A DNA stretch of 64,000 nt from contig JBLIRN010000015.1 in assembly GCA_049472315.1 (NCBI GenBank), positions 2,598 through 66,597 of the forward strand, written 5' to 3'. Origin of the DNA: a bacterium (lineage in GTDB: Bacteria > SZUA-182 > DTGQ01 > JAFGSM01). This document shows, piece after piece, positions 1-11,300 of the stretch (positions within the stretch are counted from its first letter, which is position 1; each line of letters starts with the position of its first letter). The position numbers were made by a program, and so were the translations under genes. The notes under the pieces were generated by a model. It had not been told where the DNA came from and searched no databases. It saw nothing but the letters and a program-made list of their open reading frames with translations.

Positions 1-2227
1 TCCCTTCGTACTGCATCGGGAAATCCCCGGATATGCCGTCCCATGTATGGATGAAGTAGTTGGTTGCTGGCTCGAATTCCCTGTAGTGGATGGTGACCGT
101 TCCACCTCCATTCTCTTTCTCCACCCCCACCACCTGTTTCATATAGCTATCGAAGGTGATGACGTAGGTGCCCGGTCCTGCGGTGACCGGGTAATCGGAG
201 GGGGGATACGCCTCATCCCAGGAGTCTGCACGGTGCGAGATCTTGAACCGGGGATTGTCCGCGCCGAAGGTCTGGGTGGTCTCCCACAGCCCCTCCGCGT
301 TGAGCATCATCGGCGTGGCCCCCCAGTTGTTGGGGGTTCCCCGGAAGTACCAGATATCCTGGATGTCCACCGCATTCTCGTACGTGGTGAAGGTGCCCCC
401 GGAATCGGCATACCCGTCGATGTCACCCAGGAACACCGCCTTGGAGCAAAACCCGTACAGGGTCCCCAGGCCGTAGTCATGCCTGTTCGAGTCGGATATC
501 GCCGGATAGGTTCCCCCGCCCATGAGGGCGTGGGCCGGGGTGCCGGAGGGGATGTCAATCCCCGAGTCCCTCAGATTGACGTGGATATTCAGGGTATCGC
601 CGCTGAAGTTGTGGCTGACCAGGATCATCTCCCCATAGTATTCCCTGATGATGGAGAGGGTCTTTGATTCGCCCTGGAGCCCGTCCCACGCGTTTCCCGA
701 GCGGGTGGGCACCACGTAGATGATACCTCCCCCAAGTGCGCGGTAGGTGTTCCTCAGCCTTAGAAGCCTCCGGTAATGGTTGAAGAGGGATGCAGGGTCC
801 GTTTCCTGCTGTAGTGCCCTGGACCAGTCCATGGGCAGGCGGATGGGCTCGTCCCCATCCCCGGCCCCGTTTGCCATGCCTATCTCTTCACCGTAATAAA
901 TGGCCGGGTTGCCCGAGAGGAGCAGGTACAGGGATGCGACCCCCTTCATCTTCGCCGTGTTGCCGTTGAGCTGGGTGGCCACCCGGTCGCCGGCGAACCG
1001 GTCATGGTTGCTCAGGAATATGGTGTCCTGGGTGCCGGGGGGGAGCCTCCCCTGGATGGCGTATACCTCCTGCATGAGGTCACCGGGCCTGCGTTCATTT
1101 TTGAGGCAGGCCATGAGCTTCCCCTGGAGGTTGAAGTGGAAGGCGGTGTGGAACTCATCTCCCTCACCGTAATACGCGATCATCTGATCGGGACTCTCGG
1201 TGGGGGCCTCTGCGAGCAGGATCGCGTCCTGCTTGATGCGCCCAAGCCTCCCCCTGAGGTCCTTCCATATCCGGTGGGTTTCAGGCTGGTCCTTCTGGGA
1301 TCCCCTGCCGTTTTCCACAAGGTAGCGGACCGCGTCGCAACGGAACCCGTCCACATCCGTTTCCCTGATCCAGTGGCGCATCACGTTTTCGAACTCATCC
1401 AGGAGTTCCGCCTGCGAGGCGGGTGCATTGAAATTCAGATCCGGCATGGTGGCACCGCCGGCGTCGCCGAACACGCTGTAGTAGTAATCGTCGTCATGGG
1501 GCTCCCCGTTGTGGTTTCTGTCCAGGTCCGCCTGTGGATCGAGGAACCATGTCGCACCGGAGATATGCCCTGACCGGTTCTCCTCCCAGGGGTCCGGCCA
1601 CCCGAGGTCGGATGCGGTCCATATGAACCAGTGATCCTTGCGCACTGCGTCGTCCGGGGAGGAGAACCAGGGGTGTTCCGTGCCGCAGTGGTTCATCACC
1701 AGGTCGAGGATGACCCGCATCCCTTTGTTGTGGGCGCCGGCTACGAGATTATTGAGATCATGTGCCGTTCCGTAGCGTGGTTCGATGGCGTAGTAATCGG
1801 TGGTATTGTATCCGTGCTCGCTCATGGCCTTGAATATGGGCATGAGCCAGATGGTCTTGACACCCAGCTTCTCCAGGTAATCGAGCCTGTTGGTCACACC
1901 CTGGAGATTCCCTCCGAAGCGGTCCACAAACACCTCGTAGATACTGGTCCGGGTGACCCACGGGGATTCAAATTCCAGGGCGGCGGAAGATGCCGACGCT
2001 TCACCGGATGCAGCGGCAGGGGCTGATCGCGCCTCCGGGCGGCGGCGCTCCGCGGCAAGTGTACCGGGCTCTGAAGGAATGCCGCCGGTTTCAAGCACCT
2101 CGCTCCCGCGGGTAGCCTCACGGTGTCTGACCATTGACTGCCTGCAGGCGGTGAGGGAGACGGAAGAGACACAGAAAAAAAGCAATGCCGAAAACAGGAC
2201 AATCCGGTTTTTCCCCTTTGTTCTCAT
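1..2227 (-). CDS. alpha-amylase family (GH13) glycoside hydrolase lipoprotein, partial (C-terminal end runs off window start)
   Basis: Absent from the ORF track because it is open at the window edge. Minus-strand translation from the ATG at 2227 gives a lipoprotein signal MRTKGKNRIVLFSALLFFCVSSVSLTAC. GH13 motifs follow: DLVMNHCG, GFRCDAVRYL, LAEAP, FLSNHD. A C-terminal beta domain continues in frame to position 1. Confidence 0.85.
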   Translation of the reverse strand, partial: MRTKGKNRIVLFSALLFFCVSSVSLTACRQSMVRHREATRGSEVLETGGIPSEPGTLAAERRRPEARSAPAAASGEASASSAALEFESPWVTRTSIYEVFVDRFGGNLQGVTNRLDYLEKLGVKTIWLMPIFKAMSEHGYNTTDYYAIEPRYGTAHDLNNLVAGAHNKGMRVILDLVMNHCGTEHPWFSSPDDAVRKDHWFIWTASDLGWPDPWEENRSGHISGATWFLDPQADLDRNHNGEPHDDDYYYSVFGDAGGATMPDLNFNAPASQAELLDEFENVMRHWIRETDVDGFRCDAVRYLVENGRGSQKDQPETHRIWKDLRGRLGRIKQDAILLAEAPTESPDQMIAYYGEGDEFHTAFHFNLQGKLMACLKNERRPGDLMQEVYAIQGRLPPGTQDTIFLSNHDRFAGDRVATQLNGNTAKMKGVASLYLLLSGNPAIYYGEEIGMANGAGDGDEPIRLPMDWSRALQQETDPASLFNHYRRLLRLRNTYRALGGGIIYVVPTRSGNAWDGLQGESKTLSIIREYYGEMILVSHNFSGDTLNIHVNLRDSGIDIPSGTPAHALMGGGTYPAISDSNRHDYGLGTLYGFCSKAVFLGDIDGYADSGGTFTTYENAVDIQDIWYFRGTPNNWGATPMMLNAEGLWETTQTFGADNPRFKISHRADSWDEAYPPSDYPVTAGPGTYVITFDSYMKQVVGVEKENGGGTVTIHYREFEPATNYFIHTWDGISGDFPMQYEG

Positions 2228-2684
2228 ACACGGTGCCATCATGCCTCTCCTTTTTTGTCTGAGATTGAGCACAGTCCTGCCGCATCACCGGTGTGCATTC
2301 CTATGGCCGCTGACCCTGCACATGATGATCCGATCACCGGCAAGGGGTGGGATACCTTCACCGAAGGTACATTATCACCCGGTTGCAGCCCCTCTATAAT
2401 ATAAGAAATCCCATGTATTGCAACACCTGCCTTACACATACCCGCCTAATGTCAAACGGAGATATTCGTCATCCTACACGTGCCCGGGGTGGAGGCAGCG
2501 ATTCAAATTTTGAAATTGAATAATCGGAGTCAGAAGGTATGTCCGACCATGCTCCTTGACCAACGATACGACTTTGGAATTGGCAAGGGTGCGGTCGTTG
2601 TTATTTTGTATCGGGTTTGTTTATAATAACGTGATATCATTTTTTCATGTATCGTGCATTGAACTGCCCGGCAAGGATGGAGCA

Positions 2685-3293
2685 ATGGACATCAAGTGTC
2701 TTTTCAAGAGGATCAAGTACGGCAAACCCATCATCATTGTCTCCGGCCTGCCTCGGTCAGGGACCTCAATGGTGATGAAGATGCTGGAGGCAGGGGGAAT
2801 GAAGATCGCCTCCGATGGCATACGGGCCGCAGATGACGACAATCCCAAGGGGTACTATGAGCTCGAGAGGGTGAAGACACTGGACAAGGAAATGGACAAA
2901 TCCTGGCTTCGGGAGCTTCGCGGCAGGGCGGTGAAGATCATCTCCTACTTTCTGCGGTATCTGCCTGACAGCAATTACTACAAGGTGATATTCATCGACC
3001 GGAATCTGGACGAGGTGGTAGCCTCCCAGAACAAGATGCTGGCCAATCGGGAAAAAACCCATGATCCATGCGACGATGAATGCATCATCAAGAATTTCGA
3101 GAGCCATCTATGGAAGATACGGAATACGATTCTTGCCAAATCCTGGTTTGAGCCACTGTATCTCAACCATCGCCTTGTGCTCACCAATCCGAGGGAACAG
3201 GCCCGGATAATCAAGCGGTTTTTGGGCGGGTGCCTTGATGAGGAGCGGATGGCGAGTATCGTGGATCCCAAGCTCTACCGGAACCGCAAATAG
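2685..3293 (+). CDS. sulfotransferase family protein
   Basis: ORF 2556..3293. Likely true start is the ATG at 2685 (MDIKCLF), with an AAGGA RBS 7 nt upstream. The PAPS-binding P-loop-like motif IIIVSGLPRSGTSM and overall sulfotransferase-like layout support the call. Confidence 0.7.
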   Translation: MDIKCLFKRIKYGKPIIIVSGLPRSGTSMVMKMLEAGGMKIASDGIRAADDDNPKGYYELERVKTLDKEMDKSWLRELRGRAVKIISYFLRYLPDSNYYKVIFIDRNLDEVVASQNKMLANREKTHDPCDDECIIKNFESHLWKIRNTILAKSWFEPLYLNHRLVLTNPREQARIIKRFLGGCLDEERMASIVDPKLYRNRK

Positions 3294-3300
3294 GACGTTC

Positions 3301-4362
3301 TCAGGGGATCGGCACCAGCTCGACCCGGCGGTTTTTGGCCCTGCCGTGGATGGTCTTGTTTGATGCGACGGGCTTCGAAGAGCCATACCCTCCGGCGAAG
3401 AGCCGCGTGCTGTCAACGCCCTTGCTCACCAGATAATCCATCACCGCGCAGGCGCGCCTGTGAGAGAGAACGAGATTGTGCGCCTCGGATCCGGTGTTGT
3501 CCGTATGCCCCTGGATTTCAACCCTGAGGGAGGGATTCCCCTTCAGTATCGTAACGATTTCGTCCAGCAGCGGATACAACCCTTGCTTGATCTGCCATTT
3601 CCCCGGATCAAAATGAGCCCCGGTGATCACCCAGCAGCCTCGCTCGTTGATGGACGCCCCTCGAGGTGTGTCAGGGCATGCGTCCAGGTAATCGGGGACC
3701 CCGTCCAGGTCGGAGTCGACCGGACATCCCCTGGTGTCCACCGATACACTGGAGGGTGTCTTCGGGCAATCGTCCAGGTGATCGTAGACCCCATCCTGAT
3801 CGGAATCAGCCGGGCATCCCTTTCTGTCAACAGGGATCTCCCGGGGGGTGCCGGGACATACATCGGCCATGTCTGGCACACCGTCTGCATCCGTATCCTG
3901 CGGGCATCCGTTGGCGTTCACGGTGATGCCCGCAGGGGTGCCTGGGCAGCGATCGAATGCATCGTAGATCCCGTCACTGTCCGTATCCGCAGGACAGCCG
4001 CTCGGGCCGACCTTCATGGAGGACGGTGTTCGCGGGCACAGGTCGTGCTCGTCGGAGACGCCGTCCCCATCCTCATCCGCAGGTTTTTCTTCCCCATCCG
4101 GTAGCTGTATCCTTCTTCTGCCCCCGGCGGATAGAAGCGTCCGGTGACCTCTCTCGGTTTCTACGGGATTCTCATGCAGGGAATCGTTGCAGAAACCGCT
4201 GTTCAGGCCTTCCACGAGAGGTGGCTGCTTCTCGCCGATACGGATCTTCGAACTGGCGATACAGGCAGGGAGAGCGGTATTCTGCATGGCCCATACCCGT
4301 GCGGCGCATGCGGTGGTGACCGCACCTGTGATGATCATGGTGAGCACAAGGACCTTCTTCAT
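3301..4362 (-). CDS. OmpA family protein with thrombospondin type-3 (TSP3) calcium-binding repeats
   Basis: Signal peptide at the N-terminus. Multiple DxDxDGxxDxxDxCP repeats in the middle. C-terminal OmpA/MotB peptidoglycan-binding domain (RVEIQGHTDNTGSEAHNLVLSHRRA). Confidence 0.85.
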   Translation of the reverse strand: MKKVLVLTMIITGAVTTACAARVWAMQNTALPACIASSKIRIGEKQPPLVEGLNSGFCNDSLHENPVETERGHRTLLSAGGRRRIQLPDGEEKPADEDGDGVSDEHDLCPRTPSSMKVGPSGCPADTDSDGIYDAFDRCPGTPAGITVNANGCPQDTDADGVPDMADVCPGTPREIPVDRKGCPADSDQDGVYDHLDDCPKTPSSVSVDTRGCPVDSDLDGVPDYLDACPDTPRGASINERGCWVITGAHFDPGKWQIKQGLYPLLDEIVTILKGNPSLRVEIQGHTDNTGSEAHNLVLSHRRACAVMDYLVSKGVDSTRLFAGGYGSSKPVASNKTIHGRAKNRRVELVPIP

Positions 4363-4467
4363 GCCGGGTTCGTCACGCCTCCTTCCCTAATGTATATATC
4401 GATCCGAATCGCAAAGACCATGGGGGTGAAGGGTGCTGATGTGACGAAGGGGGGATGTGATGGATGC

Positions 4468-6039
4468 TCAGGATGGGGAGGGAGTCCCTTTTTCGGATGC
4501 CTGGCTTACAGGTTTCATCGGTTCGGGCGCATGCGGTTCATCCGGGGACCTTTTTTCAACCCCGCTCAGTTCATGGAGGTATCGGGTGAATTCCTCCTGG
4601 TCGGGGGTATTGGCAAGGGCGATCTCATCGCATGCGGCCCCGATCTCGTGTTTTCCCGGGGCATCGGAAGGGATCTGTTCGGCCCAGAGAATGAGCGCCG
4701 CAAGGAAGAGGGAGAGGTCCTGCTGCTGTTTCAGGGCGATCTTCTCCTTGAAATAGGAGGCAATCCTGTGCATGGTGTTCCTTTTTATTCCCCTCAATAT
4801 CGGGAGGAGTATCGCCGCTGCAACAAGGAAGGTGAGTGCCCCCACTTGAATCCCGGGGATACGATGCCCCATCTTTGCTGCGAACATGGCAATAGCGATG
4901 GCGAGCAATGTAAAGAAGATGAAGAGAAGGTGGATCACGCGCCGTGCGCCCCTGTCGTCCGCCTCCTCCCTCGATCCCTGGTACAGGTTGGAGAAATAGG
5001 TAAAGAGCTTGTCCTTCTGAGTTTGCAGGGTAGATGCCGCGCCGGGCGGGGGATACGTGCCGACGATATCGGATTGTGTTTCGGCAGGGACTTTTCGGCC
5101 CTCCACCTTGTCATCTGCGGTCTCCTTCACCCCTTCGGGCAGAGTGCCGGTTCCGGTGGAACTCCCAGCCGCCTGGGATGGTGATGATGGGGTCGGCCCT
5201 GTCCGGGGAGGGGTGACCTCGGTGATCTTAATCTCATCGGTTTCTGGCTCCTGCCGCACCTCTTCCTGTTTTTGCCTTTTTTTCATGAACTCTATATAGC
5301 GCGCAATGATGATGCCGCACCTGACGCATTCAGGTCCCTCCTTTTGCTCATATCCGCATTTCGGGCAGGTCATGAGGGGTGAGGGTGCGCCTGTCGGAGG
5401 GGATGCGGGTGCGGAGGGACGGGATGGGGTTGTGCCTGCCGAAGGGTGCGGAGGTGTAGACGATTGGGGCGAGGAGGCGCCTATCGGGGTTTTGGGGGGA
5501 GCGGAAGGTGATGATGAGGATGCACCTGTCGGGGCACTTGGCGGGCTGGAAGGGCGGGATGCAGGTGTATCTGCCTGAGCGCGTGGAGGTGTGGAGCCCT
5601 GTGATGGGGAAGCTCCTGCTGAAGGGTGCGGGGGGGGGGATGGTTGTGATGAAGAGGTGGAAGGTCTGGATGAGGCTGCACCCGACCCAGGGGATGGGGG
5701 TGCGGAGGGACGGGATGGGGAAGCTCCTGCGGGTGTTTGTTTCGGGCCGGCGGGCCGGGGTGAGGCCGGGGGACCGGTTGTTTTCCGGGGCTCGCCGATC
5801 CCCTTTTCCGGGCGAAAGATTTTGCATTGTGCCCCCGCTTGCTTGAACGGGCCGTAGATTTTGAGCGCGGTTTGATAATCGATGTTCTCTGCGATGGTGA
5901 TCGGGGCAAGGGAAAAGAGGTTGTCCACCCTGCTGCGGCTCCATTTGAAGATCCTGCACAGCTCGTTTTTGACCTCCTCCAGGTCGCGCCCTTGCAAGAC
6001 CTTTCCTTCAAAGATGATCTTGAAACATTTCTCAGTCAT
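4468..6039 (-). CDS. hypothetical membrane protein with Pro/Ser-rich low-complexity repeats and a zinc-ribbon
   Basis: 523-aa ORF. Long PS-rich segments carry imperfect tandem repeats (PPHPSAG...SPS). Zinc-ribbon CPKCG-x10-CVRCG. Two or three predicted TM helices (LLFIFFTLLAIAIAMFAA, ALTFLVAAAILLPIL). The overlapping plus-strand ORF 4144..5184 shows no features of a real protein. Confidence 0.6.
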   Translation of the reverse strand: MTEKCFKIIFEGKVLQGRDLEEVKNELCRIFKWSRSRVDNLFSLAPITIAENIDYQTALKIYGPFKQAGAQCKIFRPEKGIGEPRKTTGPPASPRPAGPKQTPAGASPSRPSAPPSPGSGAASSRPSTSSSQPSPPPHPSAGASPSQGSTPPRAQADTPASRPSSPPSAPTGASSSSPSAPPKTPIGASSPQSSTPPHPSAGTTPSRPSAPASPPTGAPSPLMTCPKCGYEQKEGPECVRCGIIIARYIEFMKKRQKQEEVRQEPETDEIKITEVTPPRTGPTPSSPSQAAGSSTGTGTLPEGVKETADDKVEGRKVPAETQSDIVGTYPPPGAASTLQTQKDKLFTYFSNLYQGSREEADDRGARRVIHLLFIFFTLLAIAIAMFAAKMGHRIPGIQVGALTFLVAAAILLPILRGIKRNTMHRIASYFKEKIALKQQQDLSLFLAALILWAEQIPSDAPGKHEIGAACDEIALANTPDQEEFTRYLHELSGVEKRSPDEPHAPEPMKPVSQASEKGTPSPS

Positions 6040-6063
6040 GAGACCTCCTGTGCCGGGCGATCA

Positions 6064-6726
6064 TCATTCCCCTGCCGCATCCCCATCTCGTGTTCCCACC
6101 TTTTCCCTGATTGCGTCGGCATCGAGATCCTCGATGAGCTTGACGAGATGGGTCCAGATCTTGTGATATCCGAATCCCCCGGTGGTCATCTCCGCTATCG
6201 CCTCCTGTTTTGACCAACCGCAGACAACGACCCGGTACGCCGCCACCATCACCCCGGTGCGGTCCGCCCCGTGCATACAGTGCACGAAGACCGGTGTTCG
6301 CGCCTTGTCGGTCACGATCTGCAGGAAATGAACGATATCCTTCTCGCTCGGATACCACGCGCCGACCCGGATGTGCTCGTTATCAAGCCCTGTGTCATCG
6401 ATTTCATCCTTGTCCGAATGGAACGTGCGCAGGTTTATAACGGTTTTGATCCCCATTTCCTTAAGCCGGCGCATCCCTTCTGCAGTAGGCTGGGCGCCGC
6501 GGTACAGGTCATCGCACACCTTGTGCAGGTTGGGAAGTCCCTCGTATTCGAGGGGTTGCGCCCAATGAGCAGGACGTGGCTCTATCCCCGAATCTCCCAT
6601 GGTTTCAGAAATCCCGGGAATCATGCCCACGAGGAGAACCGATACAAGTACACACCCCCATATTCCGTTGAGTCCGGGAAACCATGCCCTTGTGTGACAA
6701 TTGGCGATGATTCCAATGGATTTCAC
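6064..6726 (-). CDS. protein-tyrosine/dual-specificity phosphatase family protein (CX5R active site), membrane-anchored or secreted
   Basis: Catalytic motif VHCMHGADRTG (HCxxGxxR). N-terminal hydrophobic segment WGCVLVSVLLVGMIPGI. Same strand as, and downstream of, the glucan water dikinase operon. Confidence 0.8.
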   Translation of the reverse strand: MKSIGIIANCHTRAWFPGLNGIWGCVLVSVLLVGMIPGISETMGDSGIEPRPAHWAQPLEYEGLPNLHKVCDDLYRGAQPTAEGMRRLKEMGIKTVINLRTFHSDKDEIDDTGLDNEHIRVGAWYPSEKDIVHFLQIVTDKARTPVFVHCMHGADRTGVMVAAYRVVVCGWSKQEAIAEMTTGGFGYHKIWTHLVKLIEDLDADAIREKVGTRDGDAAGE

Positions 6727-7019
6727 CCTTGTCTGCTATCCCCTCCGCAATGCCGCCCTTGTATCATTGCCGGACGTTCTGCGCTGCCTTCACCCCTCCC
6801 CGCTCACAGGAATGACCTCACCGGGTGATGCCCCTGTGACGGGCCGTTTCGCAGGGCGCCGGAATGCATTGTGCATCCTGGATTGCATCCGGCGTCCCGG
6901 ATTAAAATTATCGCATCCTGCAATGGATTTGTAAACACGTGAGCGGCTCGTGAAGCACTTATGATTTCGGCATTGCGTCATTGTGGGCGGATATTCCGCA
7001 CCATTCGATGAACGAGACA

Positions 7020-7436
7020 TCATTTGCCCTCGATAGGGTACCGGGATCTCATCCACTCGTCCCACCCCCCGGAGAGGGTGTAGACCTTTTTGAATCCCTT
7101 CGACTTGAGCCTTTGTGCCAGTCCCGCGCTGGTCGAAATATTCGGGGATGCGCAATAGAGGATGATGGTATCCTCCTTCGGATATTTCTGTAGCCAGGAG
7201 TTTACCTTTTCGGCGGCTTCCCGCAGCGCCCCCTTGATCATGAAGCCGCTTTTTTTCCAGTCCGTTTCGGTGCGTACATCCAGAATGGTCGGATCGGTAT
7301 ATTCAATAAGCACCCTGAGTTCCTCTTTGGTGATTCTGGACTCTGCATCGGCAGCCAGGGTCGTACATGCGCTCACGGCGAGCATGAGCAGGAGGAACGA
7401 TATAACCCTGCACCGCATGAGAGTTTCGTCCAACAT
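7020..7436 (-). CDS. rhodanese-like domain lipoprotein (sulfurtransferase)
   Basis: Rhodanese fold with the active-site loop region IILYCASPNISTSAG. N-terminal signal with lipobox LAVSAC. Start may be the internal Met (MRCRV...) at 7418. Confidence 0.75.
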   Translation of the reverse strand: MLDETLMRCRVISFLLLMLAVSACTTLAADAESRITKEELRVLIEYTDPTILDVRTETDWKKSGFMIKGALREAAEKVNSWLQKYPKEDTIILYCASPNISTSAGLAQRLKSKGFKKVYTLSGGWDEWMRSRYPIEGK

Positions 7437-7439
7437 GAT

Positions 7440-8318
7440 TCATCCTCCCTCAAGGTAGTCATTATGCCGAGCGTGGACTGTTCCCTTCTCCTGCCGATGT
7501 TGATCGGTAAGCAGGAGCAGCCTCTCGCGTGCCCGATTGAGGAGTGACGGTGGATCCGGCCACTGCTCCAGTATGATGGAGCCGGAAAAACGGCGTTTCT
7601 TCAGCCGGTCGAGGAAACCCCGAAGTCCGCTTTCATCCCGGGCAGAAGGCCCTGAAAAGACAAGAAGATGGCTGTCCCTGTCCCCGAAATTTTCGTGAAG
7701 GTGGACATGGATGATGGGTATCGCCGGATCGAGCCGGTCAAAGAACCGGAGGTAGTCGTTCACCGTGGAAGGGGAGAGGTTTGCGTGCCCCAGGTCAAGG
7801 CACATGCCCACGTGAGAGGCATTCCGGGCTCGGGATGCGTGCAGGCGAGCGAATACCTCGTTAATGTCCTCGGGTGAGGTGTGGGGGGTGTTCTCGATGG
7901 AGAGACTGATCCCCATGGCAGCGGTAAGCCCTATAATGTCCTCTATTGCCGTAGCGAAACGCCCTGCCTCGGCGCTTAGATGGATGTTGAAGAGGGTGGC
8001 GCCGATTTCCCGGGCAAATGAAATCCCCTGCAGCATATGGTCATGCCCCACGGGGGTGAAGGGATCTGCTTCCCACGGTGCATGCACGGAGAGGGTTATG
8101 CCGCTGGCACGAGCAGTCTGCCCGATGGAACGGCGGGTCCGGTGGTTGATGTCGGGGATTAAAAACCCCGCGCCGGTCTCCTTCTTGTCTGGAAACCACT
8201 CGAACGCATCGAAGCCGCTGGTGACCGCATACTCGAAGGGGAGCAGGGGGTATCTGGCCGTATACGAGGTCTGGTTGCCGATCCTGAAGGGTTTCCGTTC
8301 GCTATCGATCCCTTTCAT
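7440..8318 (-). CDS. sugar phosphate isomerase/epimerase (xylose-isomerase-like TIM barrel)
   Basis: AP endonuclease 2 / xylose isomerase-like TIM-barrel signatures (HAPW, ISLSIEN, metal-binding H/D/E pattern). Start overlaps the 3-prime end of the dikinase gene by 17 nt, suggesting translational coupling. Confidence 0.8.
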   Translation of the reverse strand: MKGIDSERKPFRIGNQTSYTARYPLLPFEYAVTSGFDAFEWFPDKKETGAGFLIPDINHRTRRSIGQTARASGITLSVHAPWEADPFTPVGHDHMLQGISFAREIGATLFNIHLSAEAGRFATAIEDIIGLTAAMGISLSIENTPHTSPEDINEVFARLHASRARNASHVGMCLDLGHANLSPSTVNDYLRFFDRLDPAIPIIHVHLHENFGDRDSHLLVFSGPSARDESGLRGFLDRLKKRRFSGSIILEQWPDPPSLLNRARERLLLLTDQHRQEKGTVHARHNDYLEGG

Positions 8319-11300
8319 CCTTCCACTCCGTGAGCCCTACCTGGGGACGTGCCTGAACCACGAAACATTCCCCGCGGGCATAGGCCCCTTCGATATCCTG
8401 GGGGAGGCCCAGGGCATGCTCTGTTTCAATACCGGTCCTGGTGATCCCCAGGAGAAGGTCTCTCCTGAAATTCTCGTCCTGCACCAGTGGTTCGTGGGAA
8501 TAGTCGAGGACCACCCTGCGGGAAGGCCTCGACAGGATGCTGTCGTAGAGCCCGGCTCCCGCGTAGCCGGCAAGGTCCTCGGCGTTTGAATCCGAGCGGA
8601 AGATGAGCCCTGCGCCGAAGATTCCGGTGCCCTTGCTCGGATACGAGAGCACCTGCGGTTCGGGATGCCCCTTGTTTGAGACGAATCCCAGTGCCCTGCC
8701 AGGGTGGTTTCCGACCAGGGTTTCGCCCAACCCTACCACTACCTCCGCATAGAGTTCATGCCTGTTCCCGGTGAAGGGACTGGCGGTGTGGATCACGAAT
8801 GCGTAATCCGCTTTTACCACCTCCTGGATGAGCACCGCCATGAACAGATCCCGGTGCCTCAATCCCCATGCCCTGCGACTCAGGTATGCCCGTTCGTTCC
8901 ACTTGGATGCCCATACCCGTTTGATGCATTCCCATATATGATTCCAGTCTCCCCTGAAGCGAAGCCCCGCTTCCTCCATGGTTCCTTTGAGCGAGGGCAT
9001 GAATCCCTCAGGCTGCTCGAGAAGCATGAGGCAGGAGCGAACCTCCTGGAGGGTTTTGGCCGGATGTCTTCCGATCCTGCCGGTGAGATCCGCATAACGC
9101 TGCGCAATCACATGGTTTTTTCGATCAGAGAGCACCATGTCGAATGTACCGAAGGGAAGGGCCACGGATGCGGGGATGTGAATCCATGCAGGCAGTGCAT
9201 CGGCAAGGCGTTTCAAGTTGAAGGACTTCCCCCCTACGACCTCTCTTCTAAAATATTCCAATCCCACCGGCCGGGCACGGGTATCCACCTGTAAAGACAT
9301 ATTCGGCCGGGTAAGAAGGGTGCGCCGCATGCGAGGGGATGCCTGTTCAGCCTTTCTTTTCTTTCCTTGACCTTCCGCCATAAGCACCTCCCCGGATGCG
9401 GAGGAGGTGAGCCGGATGTATTGTCCCTCCAGGGCGGCAATACGATCCATCGTGTCCTTGTCGTAGCAGGCGGCAAAGAGAAGGCCGGTGTTGCGTGCCC
9501 GGATTGCTATGTGGGAGACACAATCGACTGTCTCGGCGGTAAGAAGGGCGTTAATTCCCTCGGGGATCTCCTCCTCGCCGGTGATGCCTCGGGCAACCAC
9601 CACGGTAGGGGTGGAAAACACCCTTCCCTGTATCGATCGGAGGCGGTCCACCACCATGACGGTTCCTTCTCCGCTGCCGGGACTGATGATCTGCCAGTTC
9701 CCGAGCTCGGCCAGGGTGCGCAGCACCGGGGTGAGATGACGCACGAATTGCGACAGGATAAAGGCGAGTCCCCCCCTGACCACCTCCTCGCTGAACAGGG
9801 TGATGCTCCAGGACTCTGCGCGGAGGGCATCGCCCAGCGATTCCGCCACGGGCTGGATGTGCTGGGAGAGGGCATCGATGAACGCGCCGAGGGCACGCTC
9901 CAGTCTCTCCAGCACGGATGCTGCCTGGAGGGACCATTCCCGGTCGAGGCGGCGGTCTTCCATGAGCCGGTCCCAATGGCGGCAGCATGCGGCGATCTCC
10001 TCATCATCCCGGGTAAGGATCATGTTTGTGAGCACCAGGCCGATGATCTCGACAAGCTGGCTCCTGTCGAAGTTATGGTGGAGGTTTCGCTCGGCAGCCG
10101 AGCGCAGAAGCCCTTCCAGTGAGAGGTCGAGGAAGAGGAGATCGCGGATCTGTTCAGGACTTTCTCCAGTGTGCAAAGACTCGTTGATATGAGTGCGGAC
10201 CATGGTGATTCGGGAGAGGAGGTCCGTCAGGGATGCGGCTGCGGTATCCCGGTGGCGCCAGATAAACCGGAGCTGGGCATTCGTCCTTTTATCGAGGTGC
10301 GGTTCGGCCGATTCCATGGCATTTTCAAGGTCGGTGGCCGAGTAAACCGATTTGAGAATCTTCAGGTAGCGCTCGAAGTCATCGATCAGCGCCTCCTGTA
10401 TATCCGGATAAAACTCCGGCTCCGTGAGAATGGGCCGCTCGAAGCCCCCCAGGCGACTTCTTCCGACCCCGCCCTCCTCGAGTGTTGCATAGAACAGGTC
10501 GAGATCCCCGCCGCTTCTGAGGAAGTCAAGATATGCCTCGCTGATGACGATGTCATCCGGCGTGGCATTGTTGTGGAGCTTCTGGTGCCACTCCTCCAGA
10601 AAATTACCGGCCACCTCCTTGATCCGGTGTCTGTGCATGATATTGAGGAACTCATCCCGTATTCGCTGCCCCTCTCCACCCCTGCCCAGTGTGGTCATGA
10701 TCAGACGGATCCATTCACGCAGCTTTTCTCCGCCCTTGCGGAAGTTGTCCGCAAGCCTCAGGGTGAGGCGGTCCAGGGCATGGCTCAGTTCCCGGGGCTG
10801 GGTGTTGTAGTGGCGTTGCCAGGTCAGTTGCCGTATGGCGGAAAGGCGCAGCCATCCGTAGAGCAGGGCCAATCCCTCGATATCCTCACCCACCCGCTCC
10901 AGGAGGTCGAAGGCAAGATTGTACCGGTGCATCAGTGACCAGGAGCCGCTCCTCGTTTCGGCATGGATGATTTCGGCGGCAATACCGGAAAGGAGCGGGG
11001 ATGCGCCCCACGACGACTGATACGATATATCACGGAGGGGCATAGAGAAATTGCGGCCGTTGTTCCTGATCCAGTATCCCGTATCGGGCTGCCACAGCAG
11101 GAAGGAGATGCCCTGTGGAGCATGTGTCCTTCCAAATTCCAGGCGGATTCGATTGATCCCCTCCCGCTCGGAAAAGGGGGTGCGGGCTGCGGATCGTTGA
11201 AATACAATGGTGCCGGGAGGGCGTATGGAGGGAGCGGGCAGGGACCATTCATCTCGACGGTTCTGCCGCGTTACGCCCCAGTGGAGAATAAGGGGGCCGG

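Noticed and set aside
47-2026. Plus-strand ORFs 47..667, 1004..1573, 1631..2026 and others at the window start
   Set aside because: They are antisense to the GH13 amylase gene, which runs on the minus strand to the window edge.
4144-5184. Plus-strand 346-aa ORF
   Set aside because: It is antisense to the PS-rich zinc-ribbon protein gene and has no features. This is less certain than the other rejections because the called gene is itself unclassified.
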